From Persephonella sp. (GTDB lineage Bacteria > Aquificota > Aquificia > Aquificales > Hydrogenothermaceae): a stretch of 64,000 nt of DNA. The DNA lies in the NCBI RefSeq assembly GCF_015487465.1, contig NZ_WFPS01000008.1:10139-74138 (forward strand), in the 5' to 3' direction. Below the pieces are notes generated by a model, which was given only the letters and a program-made list of their open reading frames with translations, did no database searches and had not been told where the DNA came from. This document shows positions 18,840 to 29,473 of this stretch, in pieces; the first letter of the stretch is position 1, and each line of letters opens with the position of its first letter. The position numbers and the translations under genes were made by a program.

Positions 18840-20165
18840 TTATACTAATTGCTGTAGCAACTCTCCTTCAAGACTAAATCTGTTTATCTTACTTATTTTT
18901 ACTTTAACTAACTCTCCTAACAAATTATGTCCGCCTTTCAGATGGACAAGTTTATTTGTTCTTGTTCTCCCCACTAATTCATCTTCTTTTTGTTCCTCAA
19001 CAAGGACTTCAACTACTTTGTTTTCATACTCCCTGTTTTTCTTAAATGTAATCTCTTTCTGCATATTTATCAAGTCAGAAAGCCGTTTGCTTACATCTTC
19101 AGGATTTTCCGTCAACTCCATATTTGCTGCAGGTGTTCCTGGTCTTGGTGAGTATTTGAATGCAAAAACCTGATCGTACTCAACCTCTTTTAAAACTTTA
19201 ACAGTCTCAAGGTAGTCCTGATATGTCTCTCCCGGAAAACCAACGATTATGTCTGTTGATAGGGCTATGTCTGGGATGTATTTCTTTAGAAGCTCTATTT
19301 TTTCAAGGTATTCCTTTTGTGTGTATCCCCTGTCCATAGCTTTAAGGATCCTGTCTGATCCTGCCTGAATAGGAAGGTGAAGGTATTCACATACCTGCGG
19401 AATGTCAGCCATCGCTTTTATTGTTTCCTCATCAAGATCCCTTGGGTGTCCTGTTGTAAATCTTATTCTTTCAACACCATCAACATCAGCAACAGCATAA
19501 AGAAGCTCATAAAACCTGACATCACCAAGGTCTTTACCGTAAGCTGTGACATTCTGACCTATAAGGTGTATCTCTTTTACACCGTCATCAACAAGCCATT
19601 TAACTTCCTGTATAACCTCCCCTATTCTTCTGCTTCTTTCTTTTCCCCTTGTGTATGGAACTATACAATAAGTGCATTTTTTGTCACAGCCTCTTATTAC
19701 AGTCACATATGCAGTGTATCTGTTGTCTCTAACAGTAGGGTACCTGTCAAGCTCTGTCTCATTCTGATCAATATCCTCAATTATCTCCACAGCCTTATTA
19801 CCTGCTTCTGCTTCTTTTAATAGCTGTGGAAGGTGATGTATGTTTGTTGTCCCAAAAACCATATCAACAAATGGAGCTTTCTGGAGGATCTCATATCCTG
19901 CCCGCTGGGCAAGGCAACCACACACACCTATTACAGCATCAGGGTTTTTATTTTTTACTTTTTTGAACTCCCCTAATGCAGAAAGAACCTTCTGATCAGG
20001 TTTTTCCCTCACAGAGCATGTATTTACAAGTATAAGATCAGCTTCTTTCCAGTCTGTAGCAGGCTCATATCCCAGACTTTTCAGTATCCCGGCCATTTTC
20101 TGGGAATCATTAACATTCATCTGACAGCCAAACGTTCTTATATAGTATTTTTTCAATCCTTTCAC
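18840..20165 (-). CDS. miaB: tRNA-i6A37 methylthiotransferase
   Basis: TFGCQMN N-terminus, radical-SAM CDKKCTYCIVP and a C-terminal TRAM-like domain. Confidence 0.9.
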   Translation of the reverse strand: MKGLKKYYIRTFGCQMNVNDSQKMAGILKSLGYEPATDWKEADLILVNTCSVREKPDQKVLSALGEFKKVKNKNPDAVIGVCGCLAQRAGYEILQKAPFVDMVFGTTNIHHLPQLLKEAEAGNKAVEIIEDIDQNETELDRYPTVRDNRYTAYVTVIRGCDKKCTYCIVPYTRGKERSRRIGEVIQEVKWLVDDGVKEIHLIGQNVTAYGKDLGDVRFYELLYAVADVDGVERIRFTTGHPRDLDEETIKAMADIPQVCEYLHLPIQAGSDRILKAMDRGYTQKEYLEKIELLKKYIPDIALSTDIIVGFPGETYQDYLETVKVLKEVEYDQVFAFKYSPRPGTPAANMELTENPEDVSKRLSDLINMQKEITFKKNREYENKVVEVLVEEQKEDELVGRTRTNKLVHLKGGHNLLGELVKVKISKINRFSLEGELLQQLV

Positions 20166-20230
20166 CTCATTTTATTTTTTACAAAATATACAATTTATAT
20201 TATTTTCTTCTTTTGTTCAATTTCAAACGG

Positions 20231-21589
20231 TTATTTTTCAGTGATTATGTATCCAAAACTGAAAATTTTTTCCTGTGATGGACTGAGGAAAAATTCCCAT
20301 ACAATAGTCCCGTCAGGCTTTATCTTTTTCCATTTTATAGATGAAAAAGGTTTTATCTGTGTCTTTTCAGATGTTGAGACAGGGATTTTGTCAACAACCG
20401 TTATCTTTATTCCTTTTTTATGGTTGTTTTTTATCTGGTATCTCCATTCTTTTGTTGTTTTTTTTGTCCCAAATATACTTTTTTCTGTAAAATCTTTTAT
20501 CTTTTCTTTTGACACATTAATAAAAATATCTTCACCAAAAAACAGGCTGTTTTCCACATCCTGTAAAAGTGGCTTAAACCTGTCTGATCCTATATATACA
20601 CCGTCTATATAAAAATCTGCCCTGTAAGATGATGGATAAAATCTGTCAGTTTTGAATGTGGCCTTCAAAAATGGCGTTACAGTTCTGTCCCCATCTATAA
20701 AAACAGAGAACTCTGCAGGATAAGAAACTGAAGAAAGGGTTATGAGATTTTCTTTCCCATCTTGAAGATCAACATTTTTGACAGAAAAGTAGGCTTTTGA
20801 AGTTGTCTCAACATACTCCCTTTCTATCTTTTTTAAACCTTTTTTTTCAACAAAAGGAATAAACCCTGTCTTTGGAGGAGATATTGAAGGGGTTTTTCTG
20901 TAGCTGTAATAAACAAGTTCTATACCTTTTAGATCAAAACCTGTATCCTGACGGACAAAAATTCTGTTTGTTATTTTTATGACATTATTTTCTGTATCTC
21001 CGTATATTGTGTACTTTTGGAGTGCTTTAACAGGAGGCTGAATGGTTATGTTTATAACTGGTCTTGTGATGTCTTTGCAGGATAGATCAATAACAAAATG
21101 TCTACCAGCTCTTTTTCTAAGTTTTTCTATCTGGTCTTTTAACTGGGCTATAAACTGCTGTGCTGTTCTTTTCTCCTGCAGTTTCTTAAAGTATCTTTCT
21201 GAAAATAGATCAAGGGATTTTATGCCTGTTTTATTTATATCTAACTTTTCAAGGAGTGAGATCTCTTTTTCAACAGTTTTTATCTGATCTTTGAAAAACC
21301 TGATCTGATCCTCAAGTTTTTTTATTTTGTCCTTTATCTGGCTGTCTATATCCCCTTCTTTTATCTGTCCTATCTGACAGTTTTTATCTACAGACATCTT
21401 AAGATTTCTTAGGTCTGTATAAAGGGGGAGGTTTATATCCACAGACTTTTCTTCTGTTAAGTCAGGGCTGAATTTACAGACTAAAAGAGCTGTATCTCTG
21501 TATATTATCAACTTTTCAGGAGCAGGAAATTCTGCGTAAGACAGTCCCACAAACACCGTAAAAAGCAGGACTGCCTTAATGATTTTCAT
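20231..21589 (-). CDS. secreted coiled-coil protein, possibly DUF4139 family
   Basis: Signal peptide, a central coiled coil and a beta-rich C-terminus. The family guess is weak. Confidence 0.45.
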   Translation of the reverse strand: MKIIKAVLLFTVFVGLSYAEFPAPEKLIIYRDTALLVCKFSPDLTEEKSVDINLPLYTDLRNLKMSVDKNCQIGQIKEGDIDSQIKDKIKKLEDQIRFFKDQIKTVEKEISLLEKLDINKTGIKSLDLFSERYFKKLQEKRTAQQFIAQLKDQIEKLRKRAGRHFVIDLSCKDITRPVINITIQPPVKALQKYTIYGDTENNVIKITNRIFVRQDTGFDLKGIELVYYSYRKTPSISPPKTGFIPFVEKKGLKKIEREYVETTSKAYFSVKNVDLQDGKENLITLSSVSYPAEFSVFIDGDRTVTPFLKATFKTDRFYPSSYRADFYIDGVYIGSDRFKPLLQDVENSLFFGEDIFINVSKEKIKDFTEKSIFGTKKTTKEWRYQIKNNHKKGIKITVVDKIPVSTSEKTQIKPFSSIKWKKIKPDGTIVWEFFLSPSQEKIFSFGYIITEK

Positions 21590-21598
21590 TTTTATCCC

Positions 21599-22909
21599 CT
21601 AATATTTACCGAATACCCTTTCATAAATATAAGGCACATTTTTCAAAAATGCATTAACATCAAATATCTTTTCAATCTCAGCAGGGGAAAGTCTTGATCT
21701 AACTTCAGGGTCCTGAAGAAGAGCATCTTTGAACATAAGCCCCGGTGTGTCCCATGCTTTCATCGCATTTCTCTGGACTATATCATAAGCCTCGTCCCTT
21801 GATAGACCTTTTTCCACTAGGGCAACAAGAACTTTTGATGAAAAGTAAAGTCCCTTTGAAAGATCCATATTCCTTTTCATATTCTCTGGATAAACAACAA
21901 GACCTTCAAGAACCTTTTTTGTGAGATGTAGTATGTAATCAAGAGCTATGGCAGAATCAGGCATAATAACCCTCTCTACAGATGAATGGGATATGTCCCT
22001 TTCATGCCACAGGGCTATATCCTCCATTGCAGGAATTGAGTTTGCCCTTATAACCCTTGCAAGACCTGTTATTCTCTCGCAGGTTATCGGGTTTTTCTTG
22101 TGGGGCATAGCTGAAGATCCTCTCTGTCCTTTTTTGAAAGGTTCCTGAGCCTCAAGAACCTCCGTTCTCTGGAGATGCCTTATCTCAACAGCTATCTTTT
22201 CAAGAGATGAGGCTGTTATAGCCATAGCTGTCATAAACTCTGCATGTCTGTCCCTCTGTACAACCTGATTTGATACAGGTTCTGGCTTCAGCCCAAGCTC
22301 CTCAAGGGCATATTTTTCAACCTCAGGTGGAATGTTTGAGTATGTGCCGACAGCCCCGGATATGGCACCTACTGAAACAACCTCCCTTGCCTTCTCAAGC
22401 CTTTCTCTATTCCTTTTCATCTCCTCATACCACAGGGCAAACTTAAGACCAAAAACCATAGGCTCAGCATGAACACCGTGTGTTCTACCCATCATAACAG
22501 TTTTTTTATATTTAAAAGCATTTTCCATCAAAACAGGAAGAAGACCGTCTATATCCTGAATGAGAATATCAATAGCTTCTCTCATAAGAAGCCCAAGAGC
22601 TGTATCTATAACATCTGAAGATGTAACACCAAGATGTATATACCTTCCATTTTCCCCTACCTGTTCTGCTACAGCGGTTACAAAAGCAAGAACATCATGG
22701 TTGTATATCCTGTCAAGCTGGTGTATCCTTCCAACAACAGACTCATCTATGTATGTTTTTTCCTCTATCTCCCTTAGGGCATCATCAGGGATCTTACCCA
22801 ACTTATTCCATGCTCTGCAGATAGCTATCTCAACATCAAGCCATTTCTGGAATTTATTAACCTCGCTCCAGACATTTCCCATTCTTTCAAGTGTGTACCT
22901 TTTTATCAT
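21599..22909 (-). CDS. purB: adenylosuccinate lyase
   Basis: Fumarate-lyase signature GSSAMPHKKNP. Length and N-terminus are typical of PurB. Confidence 0.95.
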   Translation of the reverse strand: MIKRYTLERMGNVWSEVNKFQKWLDVEIAICRAWNKLGKIPDDALREIEEKTYIDESVVGRIHQLDRIYNHDVLAFVTAVAEQVGENGRYIHLGVTSSDVIDTALGLLMREAIDILIQDIDGLLPVLMENAFKYKKTVMMGRTHGVHAEPMVFGLKFALWYEEMKRNRERLEKAREVVSVGAISGAVGTYSNIPPEVEKYALEELGLKPEPVSNQVVQRDRHAEFMTAMAITASSLEKIAVEIRHLQRTEVLEAQEPFKKGQRGSSAMPHKKNPITCERITGLARVIRANSIPAMEDIALWHERDISHSSVERVIMPDSAIALDYILHLTKKVLEGLVVYPENMKRNMDLSKGLYFSSKVLVALVEKGLSRDEAYDIVQRNAMKAWDTPGLMFKDALLQDPEVRSRLSPAEIEKIFDVNAFLKNVPYIYERVFGKY

Positions 22910-22966
22910 CTACCTTCTCCTAACTTTTTTGAAAACTATTATATCAGCTTGAGTTATAATCATTTT

Positions 22967-23320
22967 ATGAAAAGTTCACAGATCGGAAGGCTTGCAGAAG
23001 ATAAGGCTGTTGATCTACTGAAGAAAAAAGGTTACAGGATTATTGAAAGAAATTTCAGGACAAAATCTGGAGAGATAGACATTATCGCTCAAGATGGAAA
23101 CACAGTAGTTTTTGTTGAGGTGAGGTTTAGAAAAAATAAATCCTTCGGTGCACCTGAAGAAACTGTTAATCCCAGAAAAATAAAAAAGATCGTTCTGACA
23201 GCAAATAGATACATATCAATGAAAAATCTAACAGGGAAAGATATAAGATTTGATGTTATAGCTGTGGACACAGAAGGAATAAGACATATTGTAGGTGCAT
23301 TTGATCTTGATTTTATTTGA
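22967..23320 (+). CDS. yraN: YraN family (UPF0102) endonuclease-like protein
   Basis: GRLAEDKAV..L...GY.IIERNFR...GEIDIIA.....VVFVEVR pattern. Internal Met at 22967 preferred over the TTG at 22949. Confidence 0.8.
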   Translation: MKSSQIGRLAEDKAVDLLKKKGYRIIERNFRTKSGEIDIIAQDGNTVVFVEVRFRKNKSFGAPEETVNPRKIKKIVLTANRYISMKNLTGKDIRFDVIAVDTEGIRHIVGAFDLDFI

Positions 23321-23373
23321 AAAATTTTTTCAAAAGCTGTATATTCTATCGTGTTTTACAAAAAAGGAGAAAG

Positions 23374-24246
23374 ATGGAGATAAAGGAATACCTCAAAAAA
23401 CAGGCTGAATATATAAACAAAAAGATAAACGAGTTTATACCTTCAGGCAGACCTGAAAAGCTGTTTGATGCGATGGCATACTCTCTGACAGCAGGGGGAA
23501 AAAGGATAAGACCTGTCCTTATACTTGAAGCCGCAAAGGCTGTAGGGAAGGAAAACATTGATGAGATAGTTGATATAGCTGTTGCTTCAGAGTTTATCCA
23601 CACATACTCCCTTATACATGATGATCTTCCTGCTATGGACGATGATGATCTAAGGAGAGGAAAACCTACATGCCACAGGGTTTACGGTGAGGCTATTGCC
23701 ATACTTGCAGGAGACGGTCTGCAATCCTACGCATTTGAGATAATATCAAAAAACAGGACTGTTTCCCCTGATAAACTCCTTAAGGTAATAAACCTTCTTG
23801 CCCACGGAACAGGTATATACGGAATGGTAGGTGGACAGGCGGCTGACATTCTTCATGAAAAGGAAAACTCATTTAATGACATACAGTTCATACACACACA
23901 TAAAACAGCCAAGTTTATACAGTCATGCTGTCAGATCGGGGCTGTTCTTGCTGATGCAGATGAAAAAGAGGAAGAAGCATTAAAAAATTACGGGTTTTAC
24001 ATAGGGCTTGCCTTCCAGATATGGGATGATATTCTTGATGAGATAGGAGATGAGGAGAAGTTAGGGAAAAAAACAAAAAAAGACCGTGAGAAAAACAAGC
24101 TAACATACCCATCAATTTACGGTCTTGAAAAATCAAAAAAGATAGCAAAAGATTATGTTGAAAAGGCTATAAATGAGATTAATATATTAAAAAATCCTGA
24201 AATCCTTCAGGAGATAGCAAAATACATAATAAGCAGAGAGGTGTAA
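23374..24246 (+). CDS. ispA: short-chain (E)-polyprenyl diphosphate synthase (FPP/GGPP synthase)
   Basis: First Asp-rich motif LIHDDLPAMDDDDLRRGKP and second motif QIWDDILD. ATG at 23374 is preceded by AAGGAGA. Chain-length specificity cannot be determined. Confidence 0.85.
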   Translation: MEIKEYLKKQAEYINKKINEFIPSGRPEKLFDAMAYSLTAGGKRIRPVLILEAAKAVGKENIDEIVDIAVASEFIHTYSLIHDDLPAMDDDDLRRGKPTCHRVYGEAIAILAGDGLQSYAFEIISKNRTVSPDKLLKVINLLAHGTGIYGMVGGQAADILHEKENSFNDIQFIHTHKTAKFIQSCCQIGAVLADADEKEEEALKNYGFYIGLAFQIWDDILDEIGDEEKLGKKTKKDREKNKLTYPSIYGLEKSKKIAKDYVEKAINEINILKNPEILQEIAKYIISREV

Positions 24247-24639
24247 ATGGAGCTTAAATACGGTGAAAAGGAGATAAAAGAGGCAAAACTTGAAAAATGG
24301 CCTAACCCTAATCCTGAAAAAATTTACACAATCAACATAACATTTCCTGAGTTTACATGTCTTTGTCCAAGATCAGGATACCCTGATTTTGCTACAATAA
24401 AAATCACATACATACCAGACCAGTATATTGTTGAGCTTAAGTCATTAAAGCTTTACCTGAATAAATACAGGAATATGTATATTTCACACGAAGAGGCAAC
24501 AAACAGAATATACGACGACCTTTACTCACTGCTTCAGCCTAAATTCCTTGAGGTAATTGGAGACTGGAACCCAAGGGGAAATGTGAAAACTGTGATAAGG
24601 GTCTCATCTGAAGACCAGAAGGAAAAAACTATAACCTGA
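24247..24639 (+). CDS. queF: NADPH-dependent 7-cyano-7-deazaguanine reductase (type I)
   Basis: [13 protein letters not shown] catalytic Cys context and the ELKSLKLYL QueF motif. Confidence 0.9.
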   Translation: MELKYGEKEIKEAKLEKWPNPNPEKIYTINITFPEFTCLCPRSGYPDFATIKITYIPDQYIVELKSLKLYLNKYRNMYISHEEATNRIYDDLYSLLQPKFLEVIGDWNPRGNVKTVIRVSSEDQKEKTIT

Positions 24640-25453
24640 ATATCCAGTATAAAGATTTTATAAAAACCCAGAGAACAAAAACAGGTATTAAAACCGACTG
24701 AAAAACAAATGCTGTTGCAAGGGTGATTATGCTCTCAATAAGTTTTGATGAGTAATCTTTTATTATTTTTATCTTTTTTTCTATCTGGAAGCTTTTTTGT
24801 ATACCTTTTAGCTTTTCTACTATACCTTCTTCCTGATTTTCGCTAACCTCTTCTGTTTTTAATAGCTCTACAACATAGGATATATTTTTCTTTGACTGGA
24901 GAACACCTTCCTTAAAAAATGAGTTGTATGTAAAATCTGAAAAAACAGCTGTTACAGGAAGTAAAAATCTAAAAATAAAACCAAAAAGAACAATTTTTAA
25001 CCCAACATTCAAAAGAAGATTTTTTCCGGTTAAAAAATACAGCCCTACCGCCAAAAGACCTGATCCTAATATCTTAAAAAACAGCTTTACTCCCATAAAC
25101 ATAACTGTTTTCTGAATTCCAAGTGATATTAAGCTGAAAAGGAGAATAGATGAAAACCTTTCTATCAGATCATCTACAGGATCAAGTATCTCCCCTGCTG
25201 CTATTGTTGCTCCCACACCTCCGGGAGCTATATCTATTTCACTGTCCTTTACAACAGATACCCCTGCGTTTAGTGCCCTAACAACACCGTAAGTGATGGT
25301 TAATGTTTTTAGGCTTTCTTTGAAATACTCTGATCCTGTCCTGTCTAAAAAAGGAAAACTCACAGAAGGTAATACCCAGAATACAAACGACAGAATAATA
25401 AAGGCTGCTCCCAGAACAGCCCTTTTTCTATCCACATCAGCCTCCACCCACAA
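24629..25453 (-). CDS. hypothetical multi-pass membrane protein
   Basis: 274-aa ORF with several hydrophobic helices. It overlaps the thiS stop region by 17 nt. Confidence 0.55.
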   Translation of the reverse strand: MWVEADVDRKRAVLGAAFIILSFVFWVLPSVSFPFLDRTGSEYFKESLKTLTITYGVVRALNAGVSVVKDSEIDIAPGGVGATIAAGEILDPVDDLIERFSSILLFSLISLGIQKTVMFMGVKLFFKILGSGLLAVGLYFLTGKNLLLNVGLKIVLFGFIFRFLLPVTAVFSDFTYNSFFKEGVLQSKKNISYVVELLKTEEVSENQEEGIVEKLKGIQKSFQIEKKIKIIKDYSSKLIESIITLATAFVFQSVLIPVFVLWVFIKSLYWIFRL

Positions 25454-25637
25454 AAGTTACTATCTCTACCTTGTCTCCTTCCTTCAGTTTATACTTATCA
25501 TATTCGCTTTTTGGAACCACTTCCATTCCTACAGCAACAGCATAGTTTGGTGCTTTTATCCCCAGCTGTTTAACAAGCTCATTTATGGTTATCCCTTCTT
25601 TTACCTCTCTTTCTTCACCGTTTACAGTAATCTTCAT
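25437..25637 (-). CDS. thiS: sulfur carrier protein ThiS
   Basis: 66 aa, ubiquitin-like, MKITVNGEE...[10 protein letters not shown] with a C-terminal GG. Confidence 0.8.
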   Translation of the reverse strand: MKITVNGEEREVKEGITINELVKQLGIKAPNYAVAVGMEVVPKSEYDKYKLKEGDKVEIVTFVGGG

Positions 25638-25713
25638 TGCTTACACCTCTTAAAATAGGCTTGTATAATTTAGAAAATATTTTAAAAAATCCTCAAAAAA
25701 TATGAGATTGATC

Positions 25714-26484
25714 TTACATTCCTATAATGTTGTAGCCTGCATCAACATAGAGGATTTCTCCTGTTATTCCTGAAGAAAGATCACTGCAGAGGAAAAGGGC
25801 TGCATTTCCAACCTCATCAATTGTAACGGTTCTTTTTAGGGGAGATCTCTCTGCTGCCATTTTCTGTATCTCTGAAAACTGGGATATACCTGAAGCTGCA
25901 AGAGTTTTTATGGGACCTGCAGATATGGCGTTTACCCTGATGTTCTTTAGCTGTCCCAAATCCCTTGCAAGATATTTTACAGATGCCTCCAGTGCCGCCT
26001 TCGCAACCCCCATAACATTGTAGTTATAAATAACCTTTTCTGCCCCGTAGTATGAAAGTGTAAGAAGATTTCCTCCTTCATTAAACATATCCATAAACTC
26101 CCTTGCTATGGCTGTAAAGGAATAGACGCTTATATCCATAGCCTCAAGAAAAGATTTTCTGTCAACCTTGTAGTAGTAATCCCTGAGGAACTCTTTGTTT
26201 GCATAAGCTATAGAGTGGACGATTATGTCTATTTTTCCCCACTTTTCCCTTACGGTTTCTGCAAGATTTTTTATGTCCTGATCTGAGGACACATCACACT
26301 TTGTTATAATCTCGGCTCCAAACTCCTCTGCTATTGGTCTTACCCTTTTTTCTATCTTCTCATTCAGGTAATTAAAACCAAGAACAGCACCTTCTCTATG
26401 AAAGGCTTTTGCTATTCCGTAAGCTATGCTCTTGTTGTTTGCAACCCCTAAGATAAGAGCCTTTTTCCCCTGTAATAAACCCAT
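25714..26484 (-). CDS. fabI: enoyl-ACP reductase (NADH)
   Basis: GKKALILGVANNKSIAYGIA, Y..Y...K catalytic spacing and NAISAGPIKTLA. Confidence 0.95.
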   Translation of the reverse strand: MGLLQGKKALILGVANNKSIAYGIAKAFHREGAVLGFNYLNEKIEKRVRPIAEEFGAEIITKCDVSSDQDIKNLAETVREKWGKIDIIVHSIAYANKEFLRDYYYKVDRKSFLEAMDISVYSFTAIAREFMDMFNEGGNLLTLSYYGAEKVIYNYNVMGVAKAALEASVKYLARDLGQLKNIRVNAISAGPIKTLAASGISQFSEIQKMAAERSPLKRTVTIDEVGNAALFLCSDLSSGITGEILYVDAGYNIIGM

Positions 26485-26493
26485 TTATCCCTC

Positions 26494-27042
26494 CTAATCA
26501 TTCATAGTTGCTTTTTCATTTTCGTTGTATATAGCTTCCCAGCCTGCAGGTGTTTTGAACACCCTGATACATTTTATCTTTTTATTCTCATCAAGCTCAA
26601 ACCAGTGTCTTGCACCTGCCGGAACAACTATGAGATCACCTGCTCCTACATGTATCTCAACAATCTGACCCTCTATTTTTACAGGAAACACCCCGCTTCC
26701 ATCAACAACAAACCTTACCTCATCATCTGTGTGATGATGTTCCCTTTTGAACTTTGCCATAAGATCATCAAGGTTTGGTGTTTTTTCTGAAAGAACAACA
26801 ATGTCTTCTGTTATGTATCCTTTTTCTTTTTTTAATCTGTCAAGCTCTTCCTTGTAAGCCTGTATTATAGCTTCCTGTTCTTCTTTAGATAGATCGTAAT
26901 TTTTTCTGAGATTTTCTGGAAGTCTTTCAACTCCCCACCTTTCATAAGTTATCCCGTATTTTTCTAAAAACTCCTTAACAGCCTCAACACCTTCTATTAT
27001 CTTGCCTGTATCTCTAAAAACTATCTTTGGCATCTTAATCAC
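26494..27042 (-). CDS. mtnD: acireductone dioxygenase (cupin)
   Basis: REHHHTDDEVRFVVDG...VPAGARHWF...RVF..PAGW is the ARD pattern. Confidence 0.8.
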   Translation of the reverse strand: MIKMPKIVFRDTGKIIEGVEAVKEFLEKYGITYERWGVERLPENLRKNYDLSKEEQEAIIQAYKEELDRLKKEKGYITEDIVVLSEKTPNLDDLMAKFKREHHHTDDEVRFVVDGSGVFPVKIEGQIVEIHVGAGDLIVVPAGARHWFELDENKKIKCIRVFKTPAGWEAIYNENEKATMND

Positions 27043-27045
27043 CTC

Positions 27046-27687
27046 CTAAAGAATTTTCCCTGTAAATAAGATCATACTTTTCATATACTCAAACATAAAC
27101 TCAAAAGCCTCAATATGCCTTTTTGCCTCAAACTCATCTCTTCCCCATGCATATATACCGTGATTTCTTATCAAAAGTCCCGGAACTTCAGGATTTATGG
27201 CTTTTCCTGCTTCTTCAGCAAGTTTATCAAGATCAAACCAGTTTTGTATGATAGGGATCTTCACAAACGCATCTTCTTTCCATATATCAAGGGCTTTTAT
27301 CATCTCCATATCTTTCAGTGGAACATAACCTTTTTCAAAATAAATCTGTGAAACAAAGTTGTTGTTTACTGTATGAATATGTATAACGCATCCTGCATCT
27401 GTTTTCTGGTAAATTTGGGAATGGATCTTTGTTTCTGCTGAAGGTTTCAGTTTTGTTTTTTCAATAGGTTTTGCATCTTTATCAACAAATATAACATCTT
27501 CATGTGTTACTGTTCCTTTGTCTTTTCCGCTGCTTGTTATCGCAAAGTAAAGGGGATCATCATGCAGTTTGTAAGAAAGGTTTCCGCTTGTTGCAGGAAA
27601 CCAGCCTCTGTTGTAGAGCTTCACCTTTATATCATTTAAAACATTAACAGCTTTTTGCTTTTCTTCCTGATAAAGTCTGTAAGGCAT
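27046..27687 (-). CDS. mtnB: methylthioribulose-1-phosphate dehydratase (class II aldolase fold)
   Basis: RGWFPATSGNLS, HIHT and NHGIYAWG. Met at 27687 chosen as the start. Confidence 0.75.
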   Translation of the reverse strand: MPYRLYQEEKQKAVNVLNDIKVKLYNRGWFPATSGNLSYKLHDDPLYFAITSSGKDKGTVTHEDVIFVDKDAKPIEKTKLKPSAETKIHSQIYQKTDAGCVIHIHTVNNNFVSQIYFEKGYVPLKDMEMIKALDIWKEDAFVKIPIIQNWFDLDKLAEEAGKAINPEVPGLLIRNHGIYAWGRDEFEAKRHIEAFEFMFEYMKSMILFTGKIL

Positions 27688-27779
27688 ACAACCTCCAGAA
27701 ATTGTGATAATCAATTAATTTTATCAAATTTTGGTGTTAAAATTTTTTCCTGAATAAAAATTTTTCTAAGGAGTATATT

Positions 27780-28064
27780 TTGGGAAAGGAGCTTTATGGA
27801 ACACTTACAATGTATGGCGATCCTGAAAAAGAGGTTGTTGATGAGCTAAGGCTTGCCATTCATGATGGGGAGGGAAATCTAATATTTGCAACATACTGGG
27901 AAACATCTGTTATGGAAAAAGATGAGATCATAAAATCAATAAATGTTCTGTGTAGTCAGTACAACATTAAACAGCTTCACACAATAGAAGACATACTGCC
28001 TCCTGAGTTTGAGGAGGTTGATGGTCAAAAGTTAAGGGTTTTCAGAACAAAAAAATTTACCTAA
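27780..28064 (+). CDS. hypothetical small protein
   Basis: 94-aa ORF with a TTG start and no recognised motif. It converges on bioC with a 4-nt overlap. Confidence 0.35.
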   Translation: MGKELYGTLTMYGDPEKEVVDELRLAIHDGEGNLIFATYWETSVMEKDEIIKSINVLCSQYNIKQLHTIEDILPPEFEEVDGQKLRVFRTKKFT

Positions 28065-28762
28065 ATGGATGCATAGACAAACAGCAATTTGTAGTTTAGA
28101 ACAGCAGGCTTTTTGTGGGATTTAAACAGGTTTACTATTCTTCTTTTTTCTGATAAAGAGCTTGATTTTGTATTTATTGCAACACCTGTTTTGTGAAGAT
28201 GAACAAGGAGCGAGTATCCGTCTTCAAACTCTTTCTGAAGGTTTTCAACAAAGAAATCATTTATTAAAAAACCTTTTTCCTTTAATGTCTGGAGAACTTC
28301 TGGAACGCAAACAAAATCAAACTGTATCTCACCCAGAATTTTCTCAACAGCCTCAAGACTTCCCCCAACAGGGATATTAAAAACAAACCTGCCTTCAGGC
28401 TTTAAAACCCTTTTTATTTCTGATACAGTTTTACCAAAATCAGCCCAGTGGAGTGAAAAATTTGAGACAGCATAATCAAATGAGTTTTCCCTGAAGGGAA
28501 GATCCTCCATGTCAGCAATAACAACATTTTTGTTAAATCTTCTGTAAAACCTTACCATATCTTCAGCTATATCAACCCCTACCATATCTTTCCATTCTGA
28601 CAGCCTGAGCAGAAAACCTGTTCCACAGCCAAGATCAACGCCTTTTCCCTTTAGATCTCCTGCAAAGTCTATAAGTATTCTGGCGGCTTCTTTTTGTAGA
28701 ACAGCCTCTTTATCGTAACTTTCAGAAAATCTTGAAAATGAGAATTTTATAAGAGTTTTCAA
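28061..28762 (-). CDS. bioC: malonyl-ACP O-methyltransferase-like SAM methyltransferase
   Basis: FSRFSESYDKEAVLQKEAA (BioC-like N-terminus), SAM motif VDLGCGTG and biotin-gene context. Confidence 0.7.
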   Translation of the reverse strand: MKTLIKFSFSRFSESYDKEAVLQKEAARILIDFAGDLKGKGVDLGCGTGFLLRLSEWKDMVGVDIAEDMVRFYRRFNKNVVIADMEDLPFRENSFDYAVSNFSLHWADFGKTVSEIKRVLKPEGRFVFNIPVGGSLEAVEKILGEIQFDFVCVPEVLQTLKEKGFLINDFFVENLQKEFEDGYSLLVHLHKTGVAINTKSSSLSEKRRIVNLFKSHKKPAVLNYKLLFVYASI

Positions 28763-28795
28763 ATCTTCTCCTTCTTTTGATTTTCAGGAAAACTA

Positions 28796-29473
28796 TTATA
28801 ACAGGTTGGTTATCAATGTTTTATCTTCAAGAAAAGGTGCATGATGAGACTGTGTCAGTATAAGATGGGAATTTTTTATTTTTTCGTTTGCATAGATACT
28901 TGCCTGATAGTTTATTATCCTGTCTTTTTTTCCATGTATCATAAAAACGGGTATCTCTATATCTTCAAGCCTTTCTGTTAAATCAAGGTTTATAAACTCT
29001 CTCAGCAGTTTTATACTCCCTTCCTTTTCAGGAAGTGGAATGTTTTTATAGGGGTTGCCGACTGCTGTTTTCCTGAAGTTATAAACTGTATCTTGAAAAT
29101 CTATCTTTAGAGCCATCATGAAGGCCTTAACAAAAACAGGGTTATGCCCTAATTTTTTGTCCATGAATTTTGGTGAAAAGCCTATAAGAATGAGTTTTTT
29201 TAGTTTTTCTGGCTTTTTTAACGCTGTAAGCATGCTGACTGATGCTCCCAGAGACCAGCCTATCAAAGCTGTTTCTTTGTTTGATGAGTTTATCTTTTCA
29301 CACAGCTGATCTGAAAATTTCTCAATTATGTTGTTATCTGCATATTCCCTATTATCTCCGTGGAATGGGAGCTCCAGAAAATAGCTGTCAGGCACATTCT
29401 TAAAGCCTTCCCATATTTTTGAAGAAAAACTCCAGCCATGGATAAATATTTTATTAATCTTTAAACTCCTCAA
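28796..29473 (-). CDS. bioH: pimeloyl-ACP methyl ester esterase-like alpha/beta hydrolase
   Basis: IHGWSFSS..W, nucleophile elbow GWSLGA, C-terminal HHAPFLE, and context next to bioC. Confidence 0.65.
   Translation of the reverse strand: MRSLKINKIFIHGWSFSSKIWEGFKNVPDSYFLELPFHGDNREYADNNIIEKFSDQLCEKINSSNKETALIGWSLGASVSMLTALKKPEKLKKLILIGFSPKFMDKKLGHNPVFVKAFMMALKIDFQDTVYNFRKTAVGNPYKNIPLPEKEGSIKLLREFINLDLTERLEDIEIPVFMIHGKKDRIINYQASIYANEKIKNSHLILTQSHHAPFLEDKTLITNLL

Noticed and set aside
18598-19173. 191-aa + strand ORF spanning the BFN/miaB region
   Set aside because: It is entirely antisense to two well-supported genes (BFN nuclease and miaB). It has low-complexity Ser/Ile/Phe-rich composition and no motif. 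Such shadow ORFs are typical of AT-rich genomes.
23317-23373. N-terminal extension of the polyprenyl synthase ORF
   Set aside because: It overlaps the yraN stop and encodes a hydrophobic, basic peptide. The ATG at 23374 has a good AAGGAGA Shine-Dalgarno sequence.
25638-25713. TPP riboswitch upstream of thiS
   Set aside because: The gap is only 76 nt and AT-rich. I saw no CUGAGA/ACCUGA-type conserved elements, and the gap is too short for the THI-box fold.
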